A stretch of DNA of 64,000 bases. Source: Macrostomum hystrix. Lineage: Eukaryota > Animalia > Platyhelminthes. The position numbers and the translations under genes were made by a program. The stretch is taken from positions 29,140,001 through 29,204,000 of the forward strand of contig CATNEN010000038.1 of assembly GCA_950097015.1 (NCBI GenBank), written 5' to 3'. The notes below the pieces were generated by a model. That model was not told the origin of the DNA. It worked only from the letters and a program-made list of their open reading frames with translations, and ran no database searches. The first letter of the stretch is position 1; every line of letters begins with the position of its first letter. Shown here piece after piece: positions 1 to 12,950 of this stretch.

Positions 1-729
1 AACTCATTTCGAATTCCGATCCACTTTACTTATCAGTAAGCAGATCGCAGTCATGACAAATGTTCAACCAATTATGTACTGTAGGCTGCGACCACAAGAA
101 AAACCTATTGAAACGATTTGCAGTATAACAATTTTATAGAACATGAAAATATACGATACTGTTATTAGCCGCAAAGAAAAGTTGTCGAATTCCAAATTCT
201 AAATAACTTTTGAAAATATAGCCAAAAATGCTATTTTAACAGCATCCATACATTTGGAGCATTCACAGCAGAACTTCTTACAGTAGATTTTTTAAAATTG
301 CGAGTAGCTCTTAGCCAATAATCGTAGAGCGAATATACGAGTACAATGGACAGAGTCAGAGAAATGATATTGGATGCCATGAGAATAAATAATGAAAACG
401 CAATGAAATTTTCCTCAGATAATACCGTCGAATTAGAAATTGTACCTTTCTAATATATCTTTGCAGTGTTACACGAACATTGACGGTTTATAACACAGAG
501 AAGCATTAAAAAACCTATCAACATGGACGGAGACTTATCTGCTTTTCTGCTGGAGTAACCGCTATAGCCCAATCTCAGTGATTTGAGTGAGTCAATCGCT
601 TATTCTTTGCTTGATTTACTGGATGTGGGTAACTTCAACAACACAATTCTGACTTGGGACCTTAACTGGCTTAACAAGTTTTGACAGGTAACTCCACATC
701 TACCCTAACAGTTGCATCTAGCATCTTAT

Positions 730-885
730 GTCCCAGAGCTTGAATCCTTGGCGAGGCCGCATCAGCTTAAGACGTAGCTGTTGAAATATAATATTTAGGG
801 GCTGTCGTGCAATTTGTGTATGTGCTCAGGAGTCTGCGAAATGAGCAGAGTTGCATCCATTGACATTCCGCTAAGTGATGTCGAC
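730..885 (+). mobile_element. Highly degenerate SINE copy
   Basis: GGCGAGGCCGCAT, GGGGCTGTCGTGCAATTT and TGTGCTCAGGAGTCTGCGAAATGAGCAGAGTTGC match family segments. Confidence 0.6.
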
Positions 886-2646
886 AAAAGAGACGGACAA
901 GCCGCCGACGAGATTATAATCGTATTGTAAATGGTAAAAAGCAAGCAGCAATCAGGGAAAGAAAATGGTATTCCTGGATTCTCCCACTATTACAGCCCGA
1001 ACTAGTTATGCCATTTCAATTGAACTTCACGTCCTCAAGCGCTAGGGACTTCCAGTTTCTTGAATTGGATCTCCTGCGAACTTAAAAGAAAATTGGACAG
1101 TTGAACAGCGTCAAGTTTGTTTAGCGCATCTAGGAATTCATGTATAAAATATTATATCCTTTGTATAATATCTTTATTACTTTCTTTTAAGAAATGATCC
1201 AGAAAGATAAGACAGTTCGTCATAAAGTTACACAACTGAATATGTTGTGGCCTCTTTTGATTAGGGTGTCAGTTTTATATTTAATAACGAATGAAAAGAG
1301 TTTATGTGAAAAATAACTTAAAGCAATGAATTTTGTGAGAAGATATTTGCAACGTACACTTAAATTGCCAGAAAATATAGCAATTTTCAAATATAGCAAT
1401 GGGAAATGTCCGGAAGCGGAGAAATATGCGCCCAAAGAAGCCAGTACTATTAAAAAAGTACTCCTTTGTAAAGCCAAGGTTGTAAGGTGTAGTTCTGGCT
1501 TATTAATGTCACAAAATGTAAGGTGATCTCTGTTGCGCAGTGATTCGCACTATGGATTTTTCCCTTTTTAATATTTTCTTTAAAATGACACTGAACCAGT
1601 AAAAATTATTCCCTGACGTCCAACTGACACCCATCTAACAAAATAATATATTTATTTCGGACCTATCAATTTTTCGATGCGCACAAGAAGCGTTTGTGAG
1701 AAAAATAACCTAGAATTAGTAATTTAATTCAGCGATAGAAATCATTAAACATTAGGAATCAACACAGTGCATGTATAGTTGTTGGTCAAAGAGAGGAGAA
1801 GAAAAAGTGCTTTTTGAACGAAAGCAATGAATAAAATGTTCTCGAATCGATGCTGCCAAAATATACGAATTGAAGTAAGTTGATTTTGAATAACGAAACA
1901 AAAACTAATACATTAAGGGTTAAACATGCAGTGTATAGTGCATTGTTAGAGTGCTAGAATGTTAACAATATGGAATTCATTTATTGTGTAAAGCTATTGT
2001 TAAACAGAAATAAAAACCGAAAAGACAAGGAAGGCGCTTAGAAAACCTTGCGTACGAAGTAAAACATAAAAACTGAAAAATTTCTGTTGACGCCACAAAA
2101 CTTGTGCAAAAAAGAGAATTTGTGTCAACAGAAGTAAAATAACATACGAGCTAAGATTTTTAAATGGTTATTTAAAAATTTATTTAAAAAAGTTATCGCC
2201 GCTGAGCGAAGCGCACTCGTGCTAAGACCGTTAAAGCACAAAGCGGCGATATATTAGTTGCATTGTAATATGCAAGCTGGGCCATAGACACTTTAACGTT
2301 AGTAAACTTGTTAACATTGTATGCTTCATCTGTTCCACTTTTGAAATAAACTGTTTTTGTGCTTGTAGCGTTAGACGCACGCTAAATGCGTTACACGCAT
2401 GATGAAAACGCTTAGCGCGGTTGAGTTTCTACCATAGACTACTTGCGTTACACGCACGCTGTCTAACGTTTAATGCACCGCATTGCGTGTTACAATGTAT
2501 AAATAATCAGACTACCGGCGCTCGCAAAACAATCGTTGTCACGCACTGGGGCCGCTGATTCTTTTCATTGGCTAGAATTTTTACGATTATAGAAGACAAG
2601 AATCCACACTGCTAGTGTATTCTTGTTTGTCCCAGTCGGGGTAAGA

Positions 2647-2723
2647 AAATGGGGGTGTGGGGGCGAAGCCCCCACATTACAACCATAGACAAAATTTCAT
2701 TAATAAATTTTTCGAGTCTATGG
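2647..2723. other. Hairpin (TGTGGGGGC-GAA-GCCCCCACA) plus imperfect palindrome (CCATAGAC-AAAATTT ... AAATTTT-tcga-GTCTATGG) upstream of the recombinase
   Basis: Inverted repeats read directly at about 2657-2677 and 2683-2723. Function is unknown. Confidence 0.6.
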
Positions 2724-2837
2724 CTGAAAGCGAAGCTAAAAGTCGTTGTCTTGCACTGTACAATTTAGTCCTACAAATTAGAAGCTACATTTTAGCGTCA
2801 GCGTTTCATTCCATATAGCAGAGATAGAATTTTCAAA

Positions 2838-4348
2838 ATGGAGACACCACCGGTTGTGCACTTAATGAATTATCAGAATCTGCCTGTTGACAGTCTAAAT
2901 GGTCTAACAAGCTCCGAGTTGGAACTAGTCGCCGAGCTCTCCGGGAACGACTGTCGTGTGGATGAAGTGGTGGCCGACTTCATCACCTACATGGAAAGCT
3001 CCATGTGCGAAGATGAGTCTATTGCCGACCTGCCTGCCGAATTCAATCAAGAACTCAAAGATCTAGACGACGCTGAAATTGCCGGCCTTCCTGCGAGCAG
3101 TCGTAAGCAAATGGAGGAGCATGGACAAAAGCTTGTTGCCTTTTTGAAGAGTCGTGGTTTGAACGCCAATCTTGATGTCGTTAGTGACGCCACACTGAAT
3201 CAATATTTGCGCATCTATTATTTTCAACTGAAGAGCAAGGAAGGCCGCGCCTATTCACCGTCGTCGCTATTTTGTATTCGTGCTGGAATACAACGCTACC
3301 TGAATATTGTAGTGAAACGCAGGACCAACTTAGTTGCTTCGGGAACTGCTTTCGACGGTTCCAATCGAATGCTGCAGTACAAAGTGCGCGAATATATTCA
3401 ATCTGGACAATGTACGCAGAGTTACGACCCGATTGAAGAAGGCGACATGCTGAAACTGCGAGCTTATTTCGATCGTAGTGACGCTGAGCGGCTACAATAT
3501 GAAGTTCTGTTTGAGCTGCAATACCAATTGGGCGAGCGTGGTCAGGAACATTTAAAGTGCTTTCTGATGAGGAACCCTCTGATTCGCCGCATAGATGCAG
3601 ATGGCCGATCCTACGCCTGCTTGCCTGTGTTGCCATCTAAAAATCGCCGAGCTGAACTGAACTCTACTTCGGTAGCAGACGATAAACACGCCCGGATATA
3701 CGACACAGAACTTCTGGATTTGTATGAGGCATCGATTCCCGCGACAAGCGAATCGTTTTTACCGCGGCCGATAAAGTCCACGCCTGAGAAAAGGTTTAAT
3801 TTTTCGACGAATGCGCATCGTGGATACCGATTTCTGCAAGACTTTATGTCCAATCTATCGGAGAAGGCCCAACTGAGCAAGAGGTACACGAATCATTGCA
3901 TCAGGTAATCATGAACCACAAATTACTTCAAAATAATATAAAAAAATATTATTATTAATATTGAAATTAGTATTGACGATAGTGAATTTCACTTTCCAGG
4001 GTGACGCGAATCTGCGACCTGGATTCGTGTGGCCAAAGTGTTCACATCATGCTAGTGACCGGTCACAAGACCGAATCTGCAGTGAGGCGATATTTACACA
4101 AACGACGCGATCGGAGTCTCTACAAGTCTGCTCTATGTGTTCAAACCGCTATGAAGCGTGATGTCAATGTTGACATAATTCCTGGAGCCACTGAATCGGC
4201 TGCTTCGGGGCCTAGTACCTCAGCAACTGCTAGTCAGCTGCGTGTGGCTACGGAGTCGGAGCAACTCAGAGTTGTATCGTGTCCTGAGAAGCGCATGCGA
4301 ATACACGTTGATGGAGGTGCCAATATAATCGACTTCTTCTTCGAATAA
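2838..4348 (+). CDS. Crypton-type (DUF3504-like) tyrosine recombinase, 2 exons (2838-3904, 4000-4348), about 471 aa
   Basis: ORFs 2838..3908 and 4001..4348 join through a 95-bp intron (AG|GTAATC at 3905, TTCCAG at 3999). The joined protein reads YSPSSLFCIRAGIQRYL, LGERGQEH, SKN, YTNHCIRVT, VTGHKTESAVRRY, which is the R, K, HxxR, H, Y order of tyrosine recombinases as seen in Crypton proteins. Confidence 0.88.
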
Positions 4349-4601
4349 GTGAATTGAACTGACGATGTTCTTCGACGTGACTGCTTGCTTTTCTACATGT
4401 TTGTATTGGATTGCCCACTGCTCGTTCAACTACATGTGTTAAACTTATGCCATGCGTCTTTGCAAAAATAAAACGTTAAATCTTATCTGAAAAGCCTGCA
4501 GACAATGCATTGTCTTGCATAGAAAACTACAGACAATGATCGTTAAAATGCTAGGCAATGAAACTGTGAGATTGTTCGTGAAAATACAATAGACCCAGCT
4601 T

Positions 4602-7600
4602 TCAATCGATGCTGCAATCATCACTGTCACTTTTGTCCAACGCGTCAATGTCTCCTGCAGTCGACGAGTGTGCCGTCAGCGACTCAAGGCGCTCTTTGGC
4701 CGCCTGTTTAGCCTGGGCAGAGTCCGGGTGAAACCAGGAGTTGCTCTGCTCAGTGGGAAATGTAGCATTTTCATTTAGAATGCAGCCATTGCGCTCAAGT
4801 CTTGTCAATAGCCGACGCCACATGTCATTCACCTGCAGTAGGTGACGGTTTCCTGAAAAAATTGATTTTCGATTTTTTAATAACTGCTTCGAAAATAGGA
4901 AATATTGCTTGATTTCGAACCATTGTTGACGTTATCGTAAATATCTAATATTAGAATTACAGTGTCAGCTTGAGCTTTTTTGAACTTCTAGAATTCTAAA
5001 AAATACTAACATGTATTTTTAACGCTTTTTAACGTTTACGGGATAGAGAGATTTTGCTACTTTCTTAGAAAATAATTCTTTAGCCCTTATATTGCCTCAT
5101 TTCGTTTACTGTACAACCAAGAAAGCTAAAAACAATTATTTTTTCTTTTTTGACATGATCTGAGTTTTTTTATTTTAGCTTAGGTCAGGAACTCAACATA
5201 TTTTTCTATAGCTTTTCCACGGCAGTTGGAACTGAAAGTAAGAAATTTCAACGTAAAATGAATAAGATCAATAAATCCCTAAATTACCAAATAGCTTGGG
5301 AATAGGAGGGTGCATCTATTGGGAAATTTTGTAATTTTGTAATTGCAGCGATAAGCCTGTAAACAAGCTGATTAACCTACCTATGATAATTAAACCACGT
5401 CGAGCTCGCGTCAGAGCAACATTGATCTGATTCTCGTCAGTAATGAAGCCCAAGTACTTCAGCTCCCAGCTTGGGACGCCACTTCTTGGAATGAGAAATC
5501 TGGGACACGAGCGTACCAGTGATAGGATGACGTAATCGAATTCGCTGCCCTGACAGGCGATGACAGTCTTCACAGTTGGCATGGCCAATCCGAGCGCTTT
5601 GAGTCTAGAGGTGATGTAAGACACCTGGTAGCGATACTGCGATATAATGGCCACAGCGGCTGCCGGGTTGTCCTTACGGCTGCCGATCAGGCGAGCATAA
5701 ACACCCTGGTAGACTTTTACCTGAGGATTTAAACCAATTTCCATAAAAATTAACAGCAAAGCTGGCTAGCTAGTTTCGGACGCAGCCTCTGGGCTTTGGG
5801 GCTTGTAGTGAAATTCACGGCTATGTGGGCCAATACAAAGGCAGAATGGGCAGAATGGCTGCTATTATACTGATACGTCAGTGTTCAAAGCCAGACAAAC
5901 ACCTACCGCCGTTTCCGCTTCGAGAATGTTGCAACGCGAGAACTCTCCTCCCTCGTCGCCAGCAACGCTACTCAACTCTTCTTGGCCTTCCCGGTGCAAA
6001 AACACCAACCGGTCCTCTTCGCCCTCCGGTCCGACGCTTGTCTTCTTAGCGATTTTTTTAGGCAACGTTTTGTAGATGTACCCCTGTTTGCGGCAGGTTT
6101 CCTGAGTGCGAATGCCCGGCCACTGGCCGTGAAAAATGTTCACGCAATCAGCGGTGAGGCGGCCAGTCTGCGACGGCCGCAGCGGATTGTCGAACATTTG
6201 GCTCTTCAGCATGCGAACATTCAGGCCGTACCACTCAGCGCGTCTGTTCGGCTCCACTAGGTCGGAGTCGGTATCCACGCCCGTCCACGATGGAGACGGC
6301 CGCGTGATGAGCTTGCTGTTGTAGAACTCGATGGCCGGGAAGTCAGCGAGGCTCGGATGCTGATTTATTTATTAAAAAGGAAATTTTTTATTAAAGCTAG
6401 ATTTGACATTATAATTAAACAAGGTTGTAAGAATTCAGAATTTTTGTCTTACAATGTATCCTACTATCCACAAAAGTATTTCCTCTAAGGTTCTATACTC
6501 AGCAACATCAGCGCCTGTCATCTGAGTTAGTTTAAAAGTAGGCAGCTCTGATTTTACACTCTATGAGGTCTACGTGCTGGGAGAAAGCAAGCTTAAACTG
6601 TAAACAAACAAGAACTCACATTGCGCAAGGTCTTGTGAGTATCGAAAGCAGAAAATATCTTCGGACCAACTGGCTTCAAACATCATTCAAATATTTAAGA
6701 AAATTTTATGTTTATATGCAAAAAAATGTGGTCTCCAGAGGAATAGGTTTGCAGAACGCAGTGGTTTTGTGTCAGTGTGGATTGTTATGCTGAGGATTGT
6801 TTTTTTCTCAATCACTGATTACACTCTGGCTGTTTAATCGATTAAGCGTGGATGTCAACTTTTGTATGAAGCGTGCGTCTCCAACTGGTGCTGATTATTT
6901 TCGTTGAGTTAGAATCATTGTAAAAAGCTGTCTAAAAATACTAATTTAATTGTTTCTAAATGTGCTCGGGATTCGTAAATAGAAATTTGACCGTAAATGG
7001 GAATGGGCGAAAAATTGGACGGAAAAGCTCTGAGGGTGAATAAAGTAGTATTTGATAATATCTGTATTATCCGAGCGTTAAGAACATAGTCTAATGGTAC
7101 TTCAGCTATTTCACAACCAAACATGTAATTTCTCAATATATCGCCCTGAGTCATTAGTGCCTCGACCCTACGGCTGACGCAGTTGCCGCGCGGGCTTTTA
7201 TAAGCTTATTCAATCAAGGCTGAAATAATTGCACAATTCAGCTACATTTTAAATTTCATTGTATTAAAATGTGGCTGTTATATATATTATTTTTTAACTT
7301 CTTTCGTCATCCTGCATGTTAGTGATGAGATTAGCTTACCATTCGATATTGCTCTTCGAGCATGACGGAGTCAGCCTGATGGGCCTCCATGAATGACAGA
7401 TTGAAGCCGAGCCGACTGGCTGCTCTGTTCTGCACAATGGGCCGCAGCTGTTTGTGATCGCCTAGCAGAACTAGTCGCTCAGCAAAACTAGAGGCAGGCC
7501 TCAACAAAGATACGATTGGCTTTAGGGGAGCGCCGAGAGAATATTCCACCGTCGATTTGCCGACTAATGGAACCAGCACCTCAGGCTGTGTGCACATGCC

Positions 7601-10600
7601 TGCTTCATCAATTATGATCTGGGTAAACTTGCAGGCTTTCTGCATGAGTACATTCACGCTGCTGCTGGTGGTGCACAGTACTATGTCAGCCTGCTGGTAA
7701 GCACGAATCTTTGCTATTTGTACTTCGTCCTCGTAAAGTTTCATCAAAGCCATCAGGCTGTCGAAGAAACTAGCTTCGCTGTCTCTAAACTCGGGCGCGT
7801 ACGCGATTGCGGGAATTTTACCTCTGTGATTATCTAACAATTGGCGAAATTCCGGACTTTGCTCTGCCTGCAGTGCTAATAAATTAGCCATGCAGGTGGC
7901 AGTTTTTTCATCAGAACAGTTAAAAGCATGAAACACGGCGTCAAAGTTGCGAATTATTTGCGACTTAGGTCTATCTGTGTTGCGTATGATTTGGTGAAGC
8001 GCCACTTCGTTCACAAGACTGCTGCAGCTGACTTCAGTTTGCCGCCTTGACGTTTCAGTCTTGCGGATTGGGGTCGGATATTGCGCCTCTTCAAAGTGCC
8101 GGCTAAAGACGCGCAAAATGTTTGGGCACTTATGGCGCAGCTTTTCACGCAGATACTCAACAACCACATCCACTGAGCGATTGGATGGCCCGCAGTAAAG
8201 CACCTGACGGCGGGTCTTGACTGGAAAAGTCAGGTTTCCTACTTTGGTCTCAAACTCTTCTGTCTTCGGAGGACCATAAGTGGCTCCGTATACCGGGCTT
8301 TTCAGCTTATGAACATCTGTGAAGTCAATCCCTACGAATTCTTCGTCAGACCCATCTTCGTCATCTTTGGCATGAACGGGCAGTGCCTTATCTATCCACC
8401 GATTGATTCTAGAGAACCAGTAGGCTATAAGCACGCCTGTTAGTGTCTTTCCAGTGCCTGTGTGATTAAAACAAGCAGAATTATGTAGTTATTATAGTAG
8501 TTTAACCTTTAAATTAGAAGCCGTGTCCATAAAATCTACGGACTTTCTCTCCTGTAATGCCTTGCGTAATCTTCACGCGTGTAGAGGTGGGTAAAAGTGT
8601 TACAAAATCCCTCAGAAAACAGGCAAATATTTATCATATCCTTTATGCCTCTTTAAGCAGAAATTTTATATTCTTTGTTATAAAGAGAAGTTGGAAACTA
8701 CCAACAAATTTATTCGGTGAAATTTATTTCATTTTCTCTTATATTTTCCATACACCTGAGAAGATTGAGCAAGGCATTGCAGAGCTATGATATAAATTTC
8801 GGGATACAAGTCATACTCGTATTTACACTAGCCGTAATTTACATAGCCTTACCTGGTGGACCCCAGACAAGGGAAATGGGATATTTTAACGAACTGCTGA
8901 TAGCTCGCGACTGGCTTTCGTTACAGGGCACAGGTCTCATTCTAGAAGCAGCTTCGACTGATGCATTGACCGGTGCTGGCACCGCGAACGTCTTGACGCG
9001 ATTTTCGACCAGATAGCGAAAATAGGTTTCTGCGTTGTGTGCCACTGAAAAGTGTAGAAATGTAATTACAACAAAAAATATTTAAGTATAATTTGAATAT
9101 AATATCTTAACATGCACTCACCCTTTCTTTTATGCTGAACATTCCAAAAAATCAATGACCTGATTATGTTGTCGTTGTTCAGTGATTTCGCACGCTGGTA
9201 AGTCACGATGTCATCCAAGTTGGCAATAATTAACTCCTCTCGCAGCAGGGGCAATGGCTTCTTAATCACCTCGACACTTGCCTCGATTGGCTCACCAGTT
9301 CTAAATGAATCAGGTATAGCATCTGATTTGCCACCGATAGCGACAAATACTTTAATAAAATTGCGAGTCTTGAATACTAGTGCTATACTTCCATGAAGAA
9401 CTATAATATTTCCTGTACTGCTTTCCTTCGCCGTTGCTTCTGTTGGTGTCTCTTTTGCTTTGATGCAGACGAAATCAGATGAGATCGAACTTTTGCTAGC
9501 TTCGATTAAAAGTCGTTTATCGCTCACCGGCTCATCATTTTCTATGCTCTCAGGAATGCCAACTAGCGCAAACGAAATGGCTCGCCGTTGGCAAAACTCT
9601 TCCGACAGGCTAAATATGGCAAACAAGCGATGCTTCTTTCGCGCATCGTCCCAGTGCAGAGTGAGTGGGACGTGGTGAATCGCATAGACGTTCTCATCCG
9701 AAATACTAGCACTAGCAGATTCCATTTGCAGTAGTCCAAGCCACACATTAGAATAATGCTTAAGATCATTGTAAGCAGGGGAAGTGCCGTGCAAAGCATG
9801 GGGAACTAGAGTTGGAACAGGTCTAGCCCGATGCTGAAGGCAAACGCATAAATTAGGACATATTTCAACAAGTTGGGGCATGAAGCCCGGCAGTTCTGAT
9901 TGTGAATCGCTGCACAATTGTACGTTAAGTCGGTAGCCAACCGGTACATTGAGATGAAACTTTAGTCTAGAGCCAATAATTTTCGTCTTTTGTATTCCGG
10001 GGTCGGAGTGAATTCCGTCCATGTCCACCTGGGATTCAACGTCTCGCACATCGGCAAGCATAAGTCGAAGTTTTTGAATGTCAACTACCTGACTGTAGTC
10101 TCCGGCTGCATTTAATAGATCGGTTTTCAGTTTTCTCATCAAGCCTAGTATGACATCACTTTGGCCGCCGTCTGTTTCTCTAGGCGACTGTAAACGCTCA
10201 TTATCTGCCGTTGGGTCAGAAGATCGATCGATTTTGGCGATAATTTGGCCTCCGTGTACATAATCCTCGTAAAAGTAGATGCGCAGACTCCAAGCCAGTT
10301 CAATTGAGTCTGTCTTAACTATTGGTGATGAGAACAAGCCTAGATGGCTGGGATTAACTGAGACAGCACTCAGCACTGCCGCTTTAGTGTTGGACAAGCA
10401 GGCCAAACTTATTTGGCGTTCACTAATGGATTCTACTATCGCCGGAAATAGTCGCTGCGCTTTTGAGCTAAGGCTCTCACAGAACTCAATAGTGTCCCGT
10501 TTCTGCCTTATCTCATCTAACCTAGATATTCTTTCGTTAACTTTGCTTTCGAAAGCTTGCCTGTCGACAATCCTATCCTGATTGATTCTGTTCTCGCAAA

Positions 10601-12905
10601 GCTTCAGAGCGATTCTGAGGTGCCGGTGGACAAGCAGATCTGTGTACCGCCAGAGCGGACTGGTAAACTGGACGTAGTCCGTGACATCCAACGTGAAATG
10701 ACGACTCGGGTTATCGCGCACTGCAACGCGATATTTAGCTTTATTTGACAGGCGGTACCAAGCGACAATAGCCGGATAGAGGTGCGAAAATTGTTTCTCG
10801 GAAAAAAGGCGCAGAAGGAACTGCCTTCTGTCTGAGATCACACTCAAAGTTTCAAAATCTCTGCGGTCCAGAATAGGATTGTTGCTTCCTTCGAAAGTGA
10901 CATTCAGCAATTCTTTTATAAATCGTGACAGTTCGCATGAATGATCAGTCACAGAGCCAAACTTATTTAGCCAAGCTGAAACGTCCGCTTCTCTTGGAGG
11001 GTCCTGAACCTTGATTGGATAATTATTTGCCCCAGAGCGCTTGAGAAACTCAGCTACAGCGAAATTAGCTCTTAGCATTAGCTCCTCTACGACGCAACGG
11101 GCCTCAAAGTTTGGATCAACTGGCGGCTCGCCAGTCTTTCGCGACTGGTAGAATGCCGCTTCTCCGAGCCGATTTAGCCTCCACCGCTTGGAAATATCCC
11201 AAAGCAGTTCAAGAATTTCAGAGACTTGCTTATCAAGAGTTGATTGTTTGCCAAATAGAGCCTGTGTAACTTGCGGTTTCGTCAAATTATGACGAACTTT
11301 AATTAAAGTAGACAGAATTCGAGTTGACTTCAAGCTGACTGTGTTACTGTTCTTGTCGATTTTGATTGTCAAAAAAACGGATAGACACTTTCGTGTCTTA
11401 TTGGCAACTAGGCTCAGCCAGTTGGAGGATAAGCTTCGGGGAAGCATATTTAACGAGTGTCTATTTGAATCGCTTGCTTCCATTTCAATGAGATTTTCAT
11501 GCGCCTGCCGGTCAATTGCTGAATTCGGTTCGATGTAGTACGATGCGTCTGTCACGTGTACACCGACTTCGTAGACTCCGCTCGATTCATTTACGAGAGT
11601 AAGAGCGTCATCGAAAATTCGAGTGCTCTCGTCATCAATGGTAATAGCAATTAGTTTTTGGAAGTCCTCGCGATCAGCATCTTTGCAGCATTTTCCAATG
11701 CTTTCGACAATCCTTGAAACTTCACCTTTCAGCGTAGACTCAAGTTCTTCGTCATACTTTAAGTACGGCAGTGAAAACTGGATTGATAACAGAAGGTCAC
11801 TCTTTAGCATCACATCTTTCTTATCAATGATAGAAATGACCTTTCCAAGAGGATACGGATACCCAACCTCCCAGAGTGCGTAACAGACAAGAAAAAGCTT
11901 GTTGCAGTTATCTTTGTTAACTTTGACTGCAACCTTGGGTCTGAACTGTGGAACATTGTCCTGGCCAAGTTGTACAGAAAACAGTGTCACATAGTTTTCA
12001 TTCGCAAATTTAATCTTACTCTCATATTCAACATCCGCTCTATCAAAGTTTTTACCCATATAATATTTGAACTTTCTTGTTACATCGGCATTAAATTGTT
12101 GGGCGTGCAAGTTATGATAGTTGATGCGAGGCACAGTACCGCACAGGGGCTCCATGCTGGGGTAGCTGCCCGGCACAATGCGGCACAGAAGCGTTTTGTA
12201 CATCAGCTTGTTGGCTTGCTTTTTAATGGCGACAACCTTGCCGTACAGTTGCCTGTCAGAGCCTTGGTCCTCAATGTTTAACAACTTCACATAGCACAGG
12301 TCGCCATTGGCTGCTCTACTACAACAGGCCCTACTAGGCAGAATAATGTTAGTAATGCGATCGTCAGAGACTGGCTGAGCCCAGGAGTTAAACGAGTCGG
12401 AAAGGTGAACGATACACAGCACCGAATTTTTCTTCAACGCGGCATCTTGAGGTTCATACAGTTTATATTTGGGCAAAACTTCGTACCGGGTCTTGATAAT
12501 TCCTTCGAAAGGGCGGCCGACTTTCTTTTCCAAGATCCGGACAACAACCAGTTCGTTATAGTCGTATTTACGTTTAGTGTTATTAAGAATTAAAACTCTA
12601 CTAATGTCTCTGACACGACTGAGGCTAGGCTCTGGAATTCCGATAGTTTGACCACCGGCTTCAAATTTAATCCTGCAAACACAATGTAGCTCAGATTCTT
12701 TTGCTAGATGCTTTTCTGCCACATCTGTCTTGGTTTGTCTTTTAATTACTACTTCATCAATTGTTGCGCAGTCGTACAGCAGGTTGTAGACCTCCTCCAA
12801 GGACTGTTCTTGTCTTTTTACCGTCCATGGCTTGCGAGATATTTGCAGAGGACCCTGCAGTCGGTAGAGGTCGTCGTCGTCCTCTTCGTAGGGCTGCGCG
12901 GAGTG
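4602..12905 (-). CDS. HELZ2: HELZ2-like protein (RNB/RNase II domain plus Upf1-like SF1 helicase), 5'-incomplete; exons 12905-9122, 9044-8853, 8457-7340, 6359-5907, 5720-5381, 4852-4602 (6138 nt)
   Basis: RNB motifs ITIDDESTRIFDDAL, EVGVHVTD, VEELMLRANFAVA, HFTL..YVQFTSPLWRYTDLLVHR. Helicase motifs WGPPG|TGKT (joined across an intron), YCGPSNRSVD, IIDEAG, LGDHKQLRP, QYRM|HP, QGSEFDYVILSLVR, LGFITDENQINVALTRAR. All introns are GT-AG and phase-consistent. RNB followed by this helicase is the HELZ2 architecture. Confidence 0.88.
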
Positions 12906-12950
12906 CTGAAAAATCAATAAGTAATAAACAATGAGAAACTGAAAGGATTC

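Noticed and set aside
1-2200. Short ORFs such as 1326-1526
   Set aside because: No recognisable motifs or convincing splice structure, so the region is left unannotated.
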